Positions 9,746 to 20,329 of a DNA stretch of 35,450 bases are shown one piece after another. Below the pieces are notes generated by a model that saw nothing but the letters and a program-made list of their open reading frames with translations, did not search any database and was not told the origin of the DNA. The stretch comes from an uncultured Clostridia bacterium. Its GTDB lineage: Bacteria; Bacillota; Clostridia; Christensenellales; Borkfalkiaceae. Made by a program: the position numbers and the translations under genes. The stretch's first letter is position 1. Every line of letters starts with the position of its first letter. The DNA lies in contig CALVPW010000086.1 of the NCBI GenBank assembly GCA_944354085.1, forward strand, positions 1-35,450, given 5' to 3'.

Positions 9746-10786
9746 TCAATCGTCAAAAACAGAGAGCTGCGCCCTGTTCGACGCAGGCATTTTTACGCCC
9801 ATGTGTTCGTAACCGCCTTTGAGGCATACCCTGCCCCGCGGCGTGCGGGCGATAAACCCGAGCTGCATGAGATAGGGCTCGTACACGTCCTCGATGGTGT
9901 TCACGTCCTCGTTGATGGTCGCGGCGATGGTATCCAGCCCCGCAGGGCCGCCGTTGAACTTATGGATGAGCGCGCGCAGCAGGTTGCGGTCGGTCTCGTC
10001 CAGCCCCAGCTCGTCGATCTCCATTTTGGCGAGCGCGCGGCGGGCGTCCTCCTTTGTCACGGCGCGGCTCCCCGAAACGGCGGCGAAATCGCGCACGCGC
10101 TTTAAGAGGCGGTTGGCGATACGCGGCGTCCCGCGGGAACGGCGAGCGATCTCATGCGCGCCCTCTTCCTCGACGGCGATGCCCAGCGTCCGCGCCGAAC
10201 GGCTGACGATGCGTTTGAGCTCCTCGGGCGTGTACATATCGAGACGGCACATGATCCCGAAGCGGTCGCGCAGCGGCGAAGAGAGCATCCCCGCGCGCGT
10301 CGTCGCCCCGATGAGCGTGAATTTTTTCAAGGAAAAACGGATATTGCGCGCCGAAGGGCCCTTCCCCACGATGATATCGAGCGCGTAATCTTCCATGGCG
10401 GAGTACAAGATCTCCTCCACGGCATGGTTGAGGCGGTGGATCTCGTCGATGAAGAGCACGTCCCCCTCGTTGAGGTTGGTGAGGATGGCGGCAAGGTCGC
10501 CCGCACGTTCGATGGCGGGCCCGCTCGTGAGCTTGATCTGCGTGCCCATCGTATTGGCGATGATGTGCGCGAGCGTCGTTTTGCCGAGCCCGGGAGGCCC
10601 GTACAGCAGCACGTGGTCGAGCGCCTCGCCGCGCGCCTTCGCCGCCTGCATATAGACGGACAAGTTTTCCTTGACCTTATCCTGCCCGACGTACTCTTCC
10701 AGCGTTTTGGGGCGAAGGACGTTCTCTTCCGCGTCGTACTCCCCTTTGCTGCTCGAAAGCAGCCTCTCCTCTCCGAATGCGTCCAT
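9746..10786 (-). CDS. ruvB: Holliday junction branch migration DNA helicase RuvB
   Basis: [19 protein letters not shown], Walker [12 protein letters not shown], Walker [28 protein letters not shown]. Confidence 0.95.
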   Translation of the reverse strand: MDAFGEERLLSSSKGEYDAEENVLRPKTLEEYVGQDKVKENLSVYMQAAKARGEALDHVLLYGPPGLGKTTLAHIIANTMGTQIKLTSGPAIERAGDLAAILTNLNEGDVLFIDEIHRLNHAVEEILYSAMEDYALDIIVGKGPSARNIRFSLKKFTLIGATTRAGMLSSPLRDRFGIMCRLDMYTPEELKRIVSRSARTLGIAVEEEGAHEIARRSRGTPRIANRLLKRVRDFAAVSGSRAVTKEDARRALAKMEIDELGLDETDRNLLRALIHKFNGGPAGLDTIAATINEDVNTIEDVYEPYLMQLGFIARTPRGRVCLKGGYEHMGVKMPASNRAQLSVFDD

Positions 10787-10789
10787 GCG

Positions 10790-11395
10790 TCACATCCCCC
10801 TCAGCGCCATGCCGATGATCTCTTCGATGCTCTTTGCGCCCGCCGCTTTGGCGCGCTCGACGGCGCGCGCGCTCTCCTGCTTGTTGAAGCCGAGGTTCAT
10901 GAGCGCGGCGACCGCGTCGTCGTCCTCCTGCGTTTTTGTGAGGACGGGTGCGGACATGCCCCCCTCGGAAGTGCCGATGATCTCGTCGGCGGAGATCTTG
11001 CCGTGCAATTCCAAAATGATGCGCTCCGCCGTCTTTTTGCCCAGCCCCTTGACGGCGGTCAGACGCTTGACGTCCGCCGTGTAGATCGCCTCCGTGAGGT
11101 CGGCGGGGCGCATGGACGAGAGCGCCGCGATCGCCATCTTCGCGCCCACGCCCTGTACGGACGTCAGGCGGAGGAAGAGCTCCTTTTCTTTGAGATCGGC
11201 AAATCCGAACAGCGCGACGCCCTGTTCGCTGACTTGCAGATAGGTGTACACCTCCCCTTCCTCCCCGGGGCGCACGCCCGAAAGCGCGGAAAACGCCGCG
11301 CCCGAGCAGACGACCTCGTACCCGACGCCGTTCACGTCAAGGATCACGTATTCGGGCTGAAGCGACAGCACCCTGCCGCGTAAATATCCGATCAT
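10790..11395 (-). CDS. ruvA: Holliday junction branch migration complex subunit RuvA
   Basis: MIGYLRGRVLSLQPEYVILDVNGVGYEV... with HhH motifs (GVGAKMAIAAL, GLGKKTAERIILEL). Start re-set to ATG 11395 with GGAGG SD. Confidence 0.9.
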   Translation of the reverse strand: MIGYLRGRVLSLQPEYVILDVNGVGYEVVCSGAAFSALSGVRPGEEGEVYTYLQVSEQGVALFGFADLKEKELFLRLTSVQGVGAKMAIAALSSMRPADLTEAIYTADVKRLTAVKGLGKKTAERIILELHGKISADEIIGTSEGGMSAPVLTKTQEDDDAVAALMNLGFNKQESARAVERAKAAGAKSIEEIIGMALRGM

Positions 11396-11444
11396 GGAGA
11401 CCTCCGTCAAAATTCATTTTCGCGGGACGCGCAAGCCGCCCCGC

Positions 11445-11942
11445 TCACCTTACGCCGAAGAGCACGCCGAACCGACTGGTGAACGCATGGCAGAGCGCCA
11501 CGCCGAGCGCATCGGCGGCGTCGTCGGGACGGGGCGGTTTGGGAAGGCGGAGATGCGCCGCGACGACGCGCTGCATCTGCCCCTTGTCCGCGCCGCCGTA
11601 CCCCGTGAGCGCCTGCTTGATCTGATTGGGCGTATATTCGAAGATGCGACCGCACCGCTTGTTGCAGGTGAGCAGCATCACGCCGCGCGCCTGCGCCACG
11701 GCGATACCCGTCGTCACGTTTTTGCTGAAAAACAGCTCTTCCATCGCCGCTTCTTCGGGACGGAATTTATCGAACAGGGCGTTGACGCCCTCTTCGAGGA
11801 TGCACAGCCGCACGGCAAGATTTTCGCTCGGCGGCGTTTTGACGACCCCGTAATCGACGGCGGTACAGTTGCCGCGGGCGTCCTTATCGATCACGCCGTA
11901 GCCCATCGTACCGATGCCGGGATCGAGTCCGAGAATGATCAT
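11445..11942 (-). CDS. ruvC: Crossover junction endodeoxyribonuclease RuvC
   Basis: MIILGLDPGIGTMGYGVI..., EELFFSKNVTTGIAVAQARGV, DAADALGVALCH. Two in-frame ATGs (11948 and 11942). The second is favoured by family N-termini and by promoter geometry. Confidence 0.9.
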   Translation of the reverse strand: MIILGLDPGIGTMGYGVIDKDARGNCTAVDYGVVKTPPSENLAVRLCILEEGVNALFDKFRPEEAAMEELFFSKNVTTGIAVAQARGVMLLTCNKRCGRIFEYTPNQIKQALTGYGGADKGQMQRVVAAHLRLPKPPRPDDAADALGVALCHAFTSRFGVLFGVR

Positions 11943-11948
11943 ACGCAT

Positions 11949-11978
11949 ATTTTACCGCAAAAGGCGGCGCTCTGTCAA
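11949..11978 (-). promoter_or_regulatory. Putative promoter of ruvC-ruvA-ruvB-queA with leaderless geometry
   Basis: -35 TTGACA (11978..11973), 18-nt spacer, -10 TAAAAT (11954..11949). The 7th nt after the -10 is the A of ATG 11942. No SD is present. Confidence 0.5.
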
Positions 11979-12017
11979 TAAAAAACGCCCCGCCGCCCGC
12001 GCGCCGCAAAAAAACGG

Positions 12018-12046
12018 TTGCATTGCGCGGAAAAATCATGTATACT
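12018..12046 (+). promoter_or_regulatory. Putative promoter for argH
   Basis: -35 TTGCAT (12018..12023), 17-nt spacer ending in TG, -10 TATACT (12041..12046). Confidence 0.55.
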
Positions 12047-12140
12047 GTAAAACACCGTTCACGGCGCCCGCGGGCGCGGCGGGGCATCCCCGCACGCCGC
12101 TTTGTAAGCGGTCCGTGGAATTTCGGTCCGGAGGTATTGT

Positions 12141-13520
<1,380 letters not shown>

Positions 13521-13529
13521 CGGTCTCGG

Positions 13530-13561
13530 CGGGCGGAGCGATATGCTCCGCCCGTTTTTTT
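13530..13561 (+). terminator. Intrinsic terminator after argH
   Basis: CGGGCGGAGC-GATAT-GCTCCGCCCG followed by TTTTTTT. Confidence 0.85.
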
Positions 13562-13618
13562 GTTATATTTATACATTTATGCCGCCGTTATGCGTGCTTT
13601 TTTGCATATTTTTGATCA

Positions 13619-13633
13619 AATTTTCAAAACATT
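13619..13633. promoter_or_regulatory. CodY-box-like motif upstream of ilvB
   Basis: AATTTTCAAAACATT matches the Firmicute CodY consensus AATTTTCWGAAAATT at 13 of 15 positions. It sits 11 nt upstream of the ilvB -35. Confidence 0.3.
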
Positions 13634-13643
13634 CCGCAAGCGC

Positions 13644-13672
13644 TTGACACGCGCGCGTATTTATAATAAAAT
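13644..13672 (+). promoter_or_regulatory. Putative promoter for ilvB-ilvN-ilvD
   Basis: -35 TTGACA (13644..13649), 17-nt spacer, -10 TAAAAT (13667..13672). Confidence 0.5.
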
Positions 13673-13710
13673 AGAAAGAACATACGATATTCACCCAAGG
13701 GGGAACGCTT

Positions 13711-15366
13711 ATGAAAAAGATCGGAGCGGAAATTCTCATCGAATGCCTCAAAGAGCAGGGCGTGACCACCGTATTCGGATACCCGGGCGGCACGGTCCTC
13801 GACATTTACGACGCACTCTACCGCGACGGCACCATCGAACACGTGATCACCTCGCACGAGCAGGGCGCGGCGCACGCCGCCGACGGCTGGGCGCGCGTCA
13901 CGGGCAAAACGGGCGTCGTGATCGCCACGAGCGGACCTGGCGCTACCAACCTCGTTACGGGCATCGCCACCGCCTATATGGACTCCGTTCCCATGGTCGC
14001 CATCACGGGCAACGTGGGCGCCAGCCTGTTGGGACGGGATTCCTTCCAGGAAGTGGATATCTTCGGCATCACCCTGCCCATCACCAAACATAACTATATC
14101 GTGAAAGACGCGAGCGAACTTGCGGGCGTCGTCCGCGAGGCGTTCCGCATCGCCAATTCGGGAAGACGCGGTCCCGTGCTCATCGATATTTTGAAGAACG
14201 TCCAGAGCATGGAAGCCGAATACGAGCCGCAAAAGCCTGTTGCGGTGCATCCAAAGAGCGTGCCCGCGCTCGCCCTCGAAGGGGCGGCGAAAGCGCTCGG
14301 CGCCGCGCTAAGGCCCGTCATCATGGTGGGCGGCGGCGCGATCGCCGCAGACGCCTCCAAAGAGGTCGTCGCCCTTGCCGAAAAGCTGGACGCGCCCGTC
14401 GTCTCCACGCTGATGGGGCTGGGGGCGTTCCCCGCGTCCCATCCCCTGTTCATGGGGATGATCGGCATGCACGGCACCGCGACGGCGGCGAAACTGTGCA
14501 TGGAGAGCGACTGCATCGTCGCGCTCGGCGCGCGTTTTTCCGACCGCGTCGCCCTCAACCGCGACAAATTCGCGCAAGGCAAGACCGTCATCCATATCGA
14601 TATCGACGAAGCGGAGATCGATAAGAACGTCGCCGCGACCTATCCCGTGCTCGGCGACGTGAAAGAGGCGCTCGTCACCCTCGTTCCCATGCTCAAAGCC
14701 GTGCGCCGCCCGTTTGCCGAAGAGGCAAAGGCGCTCCGCGCGCAGGAAAAAGCCAACGCCGACGCGCCGGAACTCGGGCACCGCGTGCTCATCGAAGCGG
14801 CGAAGCTCGCGCCCAAAGACGTGATCGTCGCCACCGACGTCGGGCAGCATCAGATGTGGACGGCGCAGTACTTCCCCATCGAAAAGCCCAGAACGCTCTG
14901 CACGAGCGGCGGGCTCGGCACGATGGGCTACGGGTTGGGCGCAGCCATCGGCGCGGCGAAAGCGACGGGCAGGCACGTCATCCTCGTGACGGGCGACGGG
15001 TGCTTCAACATGAATCTCAACGAGCTCTCCACCGCCGTGACGGAAGAGCTGCCCATCACCATCCTCCTCATGAACAACCGCGCGCTCGGCATGGTGCGCC
15101 AATGGCAGAAGCTCTTTTACGGCAACCGCTTCTCGCAGACGAACATCCGCAAGCGGACGGATTATGTAAAATTTGCCGAGAGCTTCGGCGCGATGGGGCT
15201 CGTCATCGAAAAGGACGAGGACATCGTCCCCGCCCTGACCACGGCGTTCGCAACAAAGACGCCCGTGCTCGTCGACTGCCGCATCTCCAACGACGAAAAC
15301 GTGCTGCCCATGATACGCCCGGGCGCCACGTACGATACCATCATCACGAAATGGGAGGAGAAATAA
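13711..15366 (+). CDS. ilvB: Acetolactate synthase (acetohydroxy-acid synthase) large subunit
   Basis: 551 aa with GAEILIECLKEQGVTTVFGYPGG, GPGATNLVTGIATAYMDSVP, and ThDP motif GLGTMGYGLGAAIGA...GDGCFNMN. Confidence 0.93.
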   Translation: MKKIGAEILIECLKEQGVTTVFGYPGGTVLDIYDALYRDGTIEHVITSHEQGAAHAADGWARVTGKTGVVIATSGPGATNLVTGIATAYMDSVPMVAITGNVGASLLGRDSFQEVDIFGITLPITKHNYIVKDASELAGVVREAFRIANSGRRGPVLIDILKNVQSMEAEYEPQKPVAVHPKSVPALALEGAAKALGAALRPVIMVGGGAIAADASKEVVALAEKLDAPVVSTLMGLGAFPASHPLFMGMIGMHGTATAAKLCMESDCIVALGARFSDRVALNRDKFAQGKTVIHIDIDEAEIDKNVAATYPVLGDVKEALVTLVPMLKAVRRPFAEEAKALRAQEKANADAPELGHRVLIEAAKLAPKDVIVATDVGQHQMWTAQYFPIEKPRTLCTSGGLGTMGYGLGAAIGAAKATGRHVILVTGDGCFNMNLNELSTAVTEELPITILLMNNRALGMVRQWQKLFYGNRFSQTNIRKRTDYVKFAESFGAMGLVIEKDEDIVPALTTAFATKTPVLVDCRISNDENVLPMIRPGATYDTIITKWEEK

Positions 15367-15367
15367 G

Positions 15368-15883
15368 ATGAACCAGTATACCATCAGTGCCCTCGTCTCC
15401 AACAAGAGCGGCGTCCTGACGCGTGTGGCGGCGCTGTTCGCCCGCCGCGGCTATAACATCGAATCCCTCTCCGTGTGCAAAACGGAAAACGACGCGCTCT
15501 CCCGCATGACCATCGTCCTCAACGGCGACGATTATATTTTGGGACAGATGATGAAGCAGATGGATAAGCTCGTCGACGTGAAAAAGATCCAGCAGGTCGC
15601 GCCCGACGCCGTCTGCCGCGAGCTGCTGCTCGCCAAAGTCAGAACGGACGCGGCAACGCGCAGCCAGATCCTGGAGATCAGCCAGATCTTCCGCGCAAAG
15701 GTCGTGGACGTCTCGCCCGAGGCGACCATCCTCGAACTGACGGGCAAATCCTCCAAGCTCGACGGCTTTGTGACCATGCTCATGCCCTACGGCGTGATGG
15801 AGCTCGCCCGCACGGGCGTGACCGCCATCGGCAGAGGCAAGAGCTGCATCAAAGACGAGACCGATTACAAGGAAAAGATCTGA
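15368..15883 (+). CDS. ilvN: Acetolactate synthase small (regulatory, ACT-domain) subunit
   Basis: ISALVSNKSGVLTRVAALFARRGYNIESLSV. Starts 1 nt after the ilvB stop. Confidence 0.9.
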   Translation: MNQYTISALVSNKSGVLTRVAALFARRGYNIESLSVCKTENDALSRMTIVLNGDDYILGQMMKQMDKLVDVKKIQQVAPDAVCRELLLAKVRTDAATRSQILEISQIFRAKVVDVSPEATILELTGKSSKLDGFVTMLMPYGVMELARTGVTAIGRGKSCIKDETDYKEKI

Positions 15884-15915
15884 CGCCCCGCACCGCGGAC
15901 GAAAACGAGGTCATT

Positions 15916-17583
15916 ATGAACAACACTTTCACGAACGGAACGAACATGGCGTCGCAGCGCTCGCTGCTGCGGGCGCTCGGCTGGTCGGACAGCGAGATGC
16001 AAAAGCCCATCGTGGGCATCATCTGCGCCCAGAGCGACATCATCCCGGGGCACATGCATCTGAACGAGATCGCGCGCGCGGTCTCCGACGGCGTGCTCGC
16101 GGCGGGCGGCAAGCCCGTCATCGTGCCCTCGATCGGCGTTTGCGACGGCATCGCCATGGGGCACAAGGGGATGCGCTATTCCCTCCCCTCCCGCGAGATC
16201 ATCGCCGACAGCGCCGAAATTTTGGCAAACGCGCACGCCTTTGACGCGCTCGTCTTTGTGGGGAACTGCGATAAGATCATCCCCGGCATGCTGATGGGCG
16301 CCGTGCGCGTCAACCTGCCCGCGGCGTTCGTCTCGGGCGGGCCCATGCTCGCAGGCCACAAAGACGGGAAAAAGCTCTCCCTCTCCTCCATGTTCGAGGC
16401 GGTGGGCGCGTATACCGCGGGCAAGATCGACGAAGAAGAACTCACCCGCTTCGAATGCGCTGCCTGCCCTTCGTGCGGGTCGTGCTCGGGCATGTTCACG
16501 GCAAATTCCATGAACTGCCTGTTGGAGGCGCTCGGCATGGCGCTTCCCGGCAACGGCACCATCCCCGCCGTCCTCTCCGCGCGGCTCGTGCTCGCAAAGG
16601 AGACGGGCGCAGCGGTCATGAAACTGCTCGAAAACAACGTCCGCCCGCGCGACATCCTCACGCCTGCGGCGATCAAGAACGCGGAGCGCGTGGATATGGC
16701 GATCGGCGCCTCCTCCAACTCCGTTCTGCACCTTTTGGCGCTTGCGAGCGAGCTCGGCTTCTCCAAAGAGCAGCTCTCCATCGATACGATGAACGAGATC
16801 AGCATGCAGACGCCCAATCTGTGCCGCCTTGCTCCCGCGGGCGAGCGGTATATCGAAGAACTTGCCGATGCGGGCGGCATCTCCGCCGTCATCCGTACGC
16901 TCATCGACGCGGGGCTCTTTGACGGGTCGGCGCAGACGGTGGCGGGCGTTTCGCAGGATGCGCTCACCAAAAACGCGCGCGTCACGGACGATACGATCAT
17001 CCGTCCCGTCAGCGATCCCTATTCCCCTTACGGCGGGCTCGCCATCTTAAAGGGCAACCTCGCCAAAGAGGGCGCGGTCGTCAAAAAGAGCGCCGTCGAT
17101 CCGAAAATGTACCACCACACGGGTCCCGCGCGCGTGTTCGATTCGGAAGAGGACGCCATGCAGGCGATCTCCACGGGCAAGATCAAGGCGGGCGACGTCG
17201 TCGTCATCCGCTACGAAGGACCCAAAGGCGGTCCCGGCATGCGCGAGATGCTCTCCCCCACCTCGTCCATCGTGGGCGCGGGGCTGGGCGATACGGTGGC
17301 GCTCATCACGGACGGGCGCTTCTCGGGCGCGACGCGCGGCGCGGCGATCGGGCACGTCTGTCCCGAAGCTGCCGCAGGCGGCGTGATCGGCGTCGTCCGC
17401 GACGGCGACCTCATCGAGATCGACATCCAAAAGGGCACCATCGATCTGCGGGTCCCCGACGAGGAGATCGAAGCGCGCTTAAAGACGTTCGTCCCCCTCG
17501 AAAAACCCGTGGAGGGATATCTGAAACGCTACCGCGCGCTCGTGACTTCCGCCTCCGACGGCGCGGTCTTCAAAAAATTATAA
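15916..17583 (+). CDS. ilvD: Dihydroxy-acid dehydratase
   Basis: SQRSLLRALGW, CDGIAMGH, VGNCDKIIPGMLM, CPSCGSCSGMFTANSMN, ITDGRFSGATRG. Confidence 0.95.
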   Translation: MNNTFTNGTNMASQRSLLRALGWSDSEMQKPIVGIICAQSDIIPGHMHLNEIARAVSDGVLAAGGKPVIVPSIGVCDGIAMGHKGMRYSLPSREIIADSAEILANAHAFDALVFVGNCDKIIPGMLMGAVRVNLPAAFVSGGPMLAGHKDGKKLSLSSMFEAVGAYTAGKIDEEELTRFECAACPSCGSCSGMFTANSMNCLLEALGMALPGNGTIPAVLSARLVLAKETGAAVMKLLENNVRPRDILTPAAIKNAERVDMAIGASSNSVLHLLALASELGFSKEQLSIDTMNEISMQTPNLCRLAPAGERYIEELADAGGISAVIRTLIDAGLFDGSAQTVAGVSQDALTKNARVTDDTIIRPVSDPYSPYGGLAILKGNLAKEGAVVKKSAVDPKMYHHTGPARVFDSEEDAMQAISTGKIKAGDVVVIRYEGPKGGPGMREMLSPTSSIVGAGLGDTVALITDGRFSGATRGAAIGHVCPEAAAGGVIGVVRDGDLIEIDIQKGTIDLRVPDEEIEARLKTFVPLEKPVEGYLKRYRALVTSASDGAVFKKL

Positions 17584-17599
17584 ATATAATGCAACTATA

Positions 17600-17641
17600 A
17601 AAGGACGCCGCCCGTCTGCCAGACAGACGGGCGGCGTTTTT
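17600..17641. terminator. Bidirectional intrinsic terminator shared by ilvD and the convergent LysR gene
   Basis: CGCCGCCCGTCTG-CCAGA-CAGACGGGCGGCG flanked by AAAAGGA on the left and TTTTT on the right. Confidence 0.8.
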
Positions 17642-17651
17642 GCATCCCTTC

Positions 17652-18473
17652 TTAAAAATAGCGTTCCTCTTCGTCGCTGCGGCAGACGCGGTAGCTCAAA
17701 AGCTGCATCCGCGCAAAATCGAGAGGCGCGACCTCGGCGAACGTCCCTTCCGCAAGCTCTTTTTTGACGATCCCGCGCGGCAGGAAGGCGTAGCCGAGCC
17801 CCGCGGCGAGATAGCCCTTGACTTTGTTGGAATTGTCCACCTCGAAGGGAAATATGTGCCCCGCGGGGAAGATCTCCCTCAGGTACGCGCCGATCTCGGG
17901 CAAAGAGAAATTGCACATCGCAAAGGGCAGCGACGCGAGCTGGCTGCGCGCGACCCCGCCGCGGAAAGCGTTCTTGTCCGCCCGCGCCAACAGCACGAGC
18001 TCGTCGCGGGAAAAGGGCGTGCACGAATAGCCGACGCGCTTGACGCTCTGATACACGTACGCGACGTCCAAAAGCCCGTCGAAGAGCATCTCCAAAAGCC
18101 CCGCACTGTGCCCCAGCGTGACGCGGTAGCTGCTCCCCGCCGCGATGCCTTCGAAGATGCGGTCTTTGAGCGCGTCCTCGTACACGGCGTTGGTCGCGCC
18201 CAGCCTGATCTGCCTGACGCCCCCTTTGACGGCGGCGCGGCAAGCGTCCTCCATCTCCGTGATGCGGCGGGCGTATTCGTAAAAGATCTTCCCTTCGTCC
18301 GTGAGCGCGACGCTGCGCATCTCCCGCCGCAAAAGGCGTGCGCCCGCCTCCCGCTCGAGTTCGGCGATGCGGTTGGTGATGGTCGACTGCGCCACGAACA
18401 GCTGTTCCGCCACCCGCGTGAAATTTTTGAGTTTGACGAGCAACAAAAAGGTGCGCAAATTCTCGGTATTCAT
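17652..18473 (-). CDS. LysR-family transcriptional regulator
   Basis: N-terminal wHTH LRTFLLLVKLKNFTRVAEQLFVAQSTITNRIAELE and a C-terminal substrate-binding-like domain. Divergent from leuCDB. Confidence 0.85.
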   Translation of the reverse strand: MNTENLRTFLLLVKLKNFTRVAEQLFVAQSTITNRIAELEREAGARLLRREMRSVALTDEGKIFYEYARRITEMEDACRAAVKGGVRQIRLGATNAVYEDALKDRIFEGIAAGSSYRVTLGHSAGLLEMLFDGLLDVAYVYQSVKRVGYSCTPFSRDELVLLARADKNAFRGGVARSQLASLPFAMCNFSLPEIGAYLREIFPAGHIFPFEVDNSNKVKGYLAAGLGYAFLPRGIVKKELAEGTFAEVAPLDFARMQLLSYRVCRSDEEERYF

Positions 18474-18521
18474 GATTTGATTTACAGATAGCCCCTATGT
18501 ATTTATTCGTTTTGCAAATGA

Positions 18522-18551
18522 TTGACGGCAGTATATCATATATGATATACT
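18522..18551 (+). promoter_or_regulatory. Putative promoter for leuC-leuD-leuB
   Basis: -35 TTGACG (18522..18527), 18-nt spacer, -10 TATACT (18546..18551). Confidence 0.5.
18530..18551. promoter_or_regulatory. 22-bp perfect palindrome, candidate LysR-type operator
   Basis: AGTATATCATATATGATATACT is its own reverse complement. Its two ends are the -10 hexamers of the two divergent promoters. Confidence 0.6.
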
Positions 18552-18559
18552 TTTGTCAA
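18530..18559 (-). promoter_or_regulatory. Putative promoter for the LysR-family gene, mirror image of the leuC promoter
   Basis: -35 TTGACA (18559..18554), 18-nt spacer, -10 TATACT (18535..18530). Confidence 0.45.
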
Positions 18560-18582
18560 ACGAATTTTCAAGGAGACTGCAT

Positions 18583-19833
18583 ATGGGCATGACGATGACG
18601 CAAAAGATCCTCGCCGCACACGCGGGGCTCGACGCCGTCACGGCAGGACAGCTGATCGTTGCCGAGCTCGACATGGCGCTCGCGAACGATATCACCGCCC
18701 CCGTCGCCGTCAAGGAGATGGAAAAGGTGGGCGGGCACGTGCGTTACCGCGACCGCGTGGCGCTCGTGATGGATCACTTTACCCCGAACAAAGATATCAA
18801 GGCGGCGTGCCAGGTCAAATGCACGCGCGAATTCGCCCTGCGCGAGGGCGTGGAGAACTTTTTTGACGTGGGGCGCATGGGCATCGAACACGCCCTTCTG
18901 CCCGAGCAAGGGCTCGTGGGCGCGGGCGACTGCGTGATCGGCGCCGACAGTCACACCTGCACGTACGGCGCGCTCGGCGCCTTTTCGACGGGCGTGGGCT
19001 CCACCGACCTTGCCGCAGGCATGATGACGGGACAATGCTGGTTCAAAGTGCCCGCCGCCATCCGCTTCGTGCTCAAAGGCGCGCTCCCCGCCTATGTGAC
19101 GGGGAAGGACCTCATCCTCCATATCATCGGCACGATCGGCGTGGACGGCGCCCTGTACAAGAGCATGGAATTCACGGGCGAAGGCGTCGCCTCCCTCTCG
19201 ATGGACGACCGCTTCACCGTATGCAACATGGCGATCGAGGCGGGCGCGAAAAACGGCATCTTCCCCGTGGACGACAAGACGCTCGCCTATATGCAAGGCA
19301 GGTTCCGCCGCCCCGTCCGCATCTTCGAAGCGGACGCGGACGCCGTGTACGAAAAGACGATCGAGATCGATCTTTCCGCGCTTCGTCCCACCGTCGCCTT
19401 CCCCCATCTGCCCGAGAACACCAAAACGCAATGGGAGGATATCCCCATCGATCAGGTCGTCATCGGCTCGTGCACCAACGGGCGCATCTCCGACCTGCGG
19501 CAGGCAGCCGAGATCTTAAAAGGCAGGACTATCGCCAAAAACGTGCGCTGCATCGTCATCCCCGCCACGCAGGAAGTGTATTTGCAGGCGGTGAAAGAAG
19601 GGCTCGCGGAGATCTTCGTCCGCGCGGGCGCCGTCTTCTCCACCCCCACCTGTGGGCCTTGCTTGGGCGGGCACATGGGGATCCTTGCAGACCACGAACG
19701 CTGCGTCTCCACCACCAACCGCAACTTTGTGGGACGCATGGGCCACGTGACGAGCGAGATCTATCTCGCCTCCCCCTACACCGCGGCGGCGAGCGCCGTC
19801 CTCGGCAAGCTGGCAACGGCAAAGGAGCTCTGA
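18583..19833 (+). CDS. leuC: 3-isopropylmalate dehydratase large subunit
   Basis: [11 protein letters not shown]..., aconitase-family Cys ligands (GADSHT, GSCTNGR, CGPCLG). Start re-set to ATG 18583, 6 nt after AGGAGA; the track start 18553 is a TTG. Confidence 0.93.
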   Translation: MGMTMTQKILAAHAGLDAVTAGQLIVAELDMALANDITAPVAVKEMEKVGGHVRYRDRVALVMDHFTPNKDIKAACQVKCTREFALREGVENFFDVGRMGIEHALLPEQGLVGAGDCVIGADSHTCTYGALGAFSTGVGSTDLAAGMMTGQCWFKVPAAIRFVLKGALPAYVTGKDLILHIIGTIGVDGALYKSMEFTGEGVASLSMDDRFTVCNMAIEAGAKNGIFPVDDKTLAYMQGRFRRPVRIFEADADAVYEKTIEIDLSALRPTVAFPHLPENTKTQWEDIPIDQVVIGSCTNGRISDLRQAAEILKGRTIAKNVRCIVIPATQEVYLQAVKEGLAEIFVRAGAVFSTPTCGPCLGGHMGILADHERCVSTTNRNFVGRMGHVTSEIYLASPYTAAASAVLGKLATAKEL

Positions 19834-19834
19834 T

Positions 19835-20314
19835 ATGACCGTAAAAGGAAAGGTACATAAATTCGGGAACGACGTGGATACCGACGTCATCATCCCCGCA
19901 CGCTATCTGAACACCTCCTCGGCAGAGGAACTCGCCGCGCACTGCATGGAAGATATCGATCCCGATTTCGTCAAAAAGGTGCAAACGGGCGACATCATCG
20001 TGGCGGAGGACAACTTCGGCTGCGGCTCCTCACGCGAGCACGCCCCCATCGCCATCAAAGCGAGCGGCGTTTCGCTCGTGATCGCGAACACCTTTGCGCG
20101 CATCTTTTACCGCAACGCCATCAACATCGGGCTGCCCATCCTCGAATGCCCCGAGGCGGTCAAAAACATCCGCGCGGGCGACGTGGTCTCCTGCGATCTT
20201 TCCAAGGGCGTCATCGTCAACGAGACAACGGGCAAGCAGTTCACCGCGCAGCCCTTCCCGCCCTTTATCCAAAACATCATCGACAAAGGCGGACTGTTGA
20301 AGTCGCTCGCCTGA
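19835..20314 (+). CDS. leuD: 3-isopropylmalate dehydratase small subunit
   Basis: [44 protein letters not shown]. Confidence 0.93.
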   Translation: MTVKGKVHKFGNDVDTDVIIPARYLNTSSAEELAAHCMEDIDPDFVKKVQTGDIIVAEDNFGCGSSREHAPIAIKASGVSLVIANTFARIFYRNAINIGLPILECPEAVKNIRAGDVVSCDLSKGVIVNETTGKQFTAQPFPPFIQNIIDKGGLLKSLA

Positions 20315-20329
20315 TCAGGAGAAACCATC

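Noticed and set aside
13562-13710. Possible T-box or leader-peptide attenuator upstream of ilvB, and likewise upstream of leuC at 18474..18582
   Set aside because: There is no GGUGGUACCGCG-type T-box sequence, no terminator hairpin and no BCAA-rich mini-ORF. The predicted UTRs are only about 25-32 nt.
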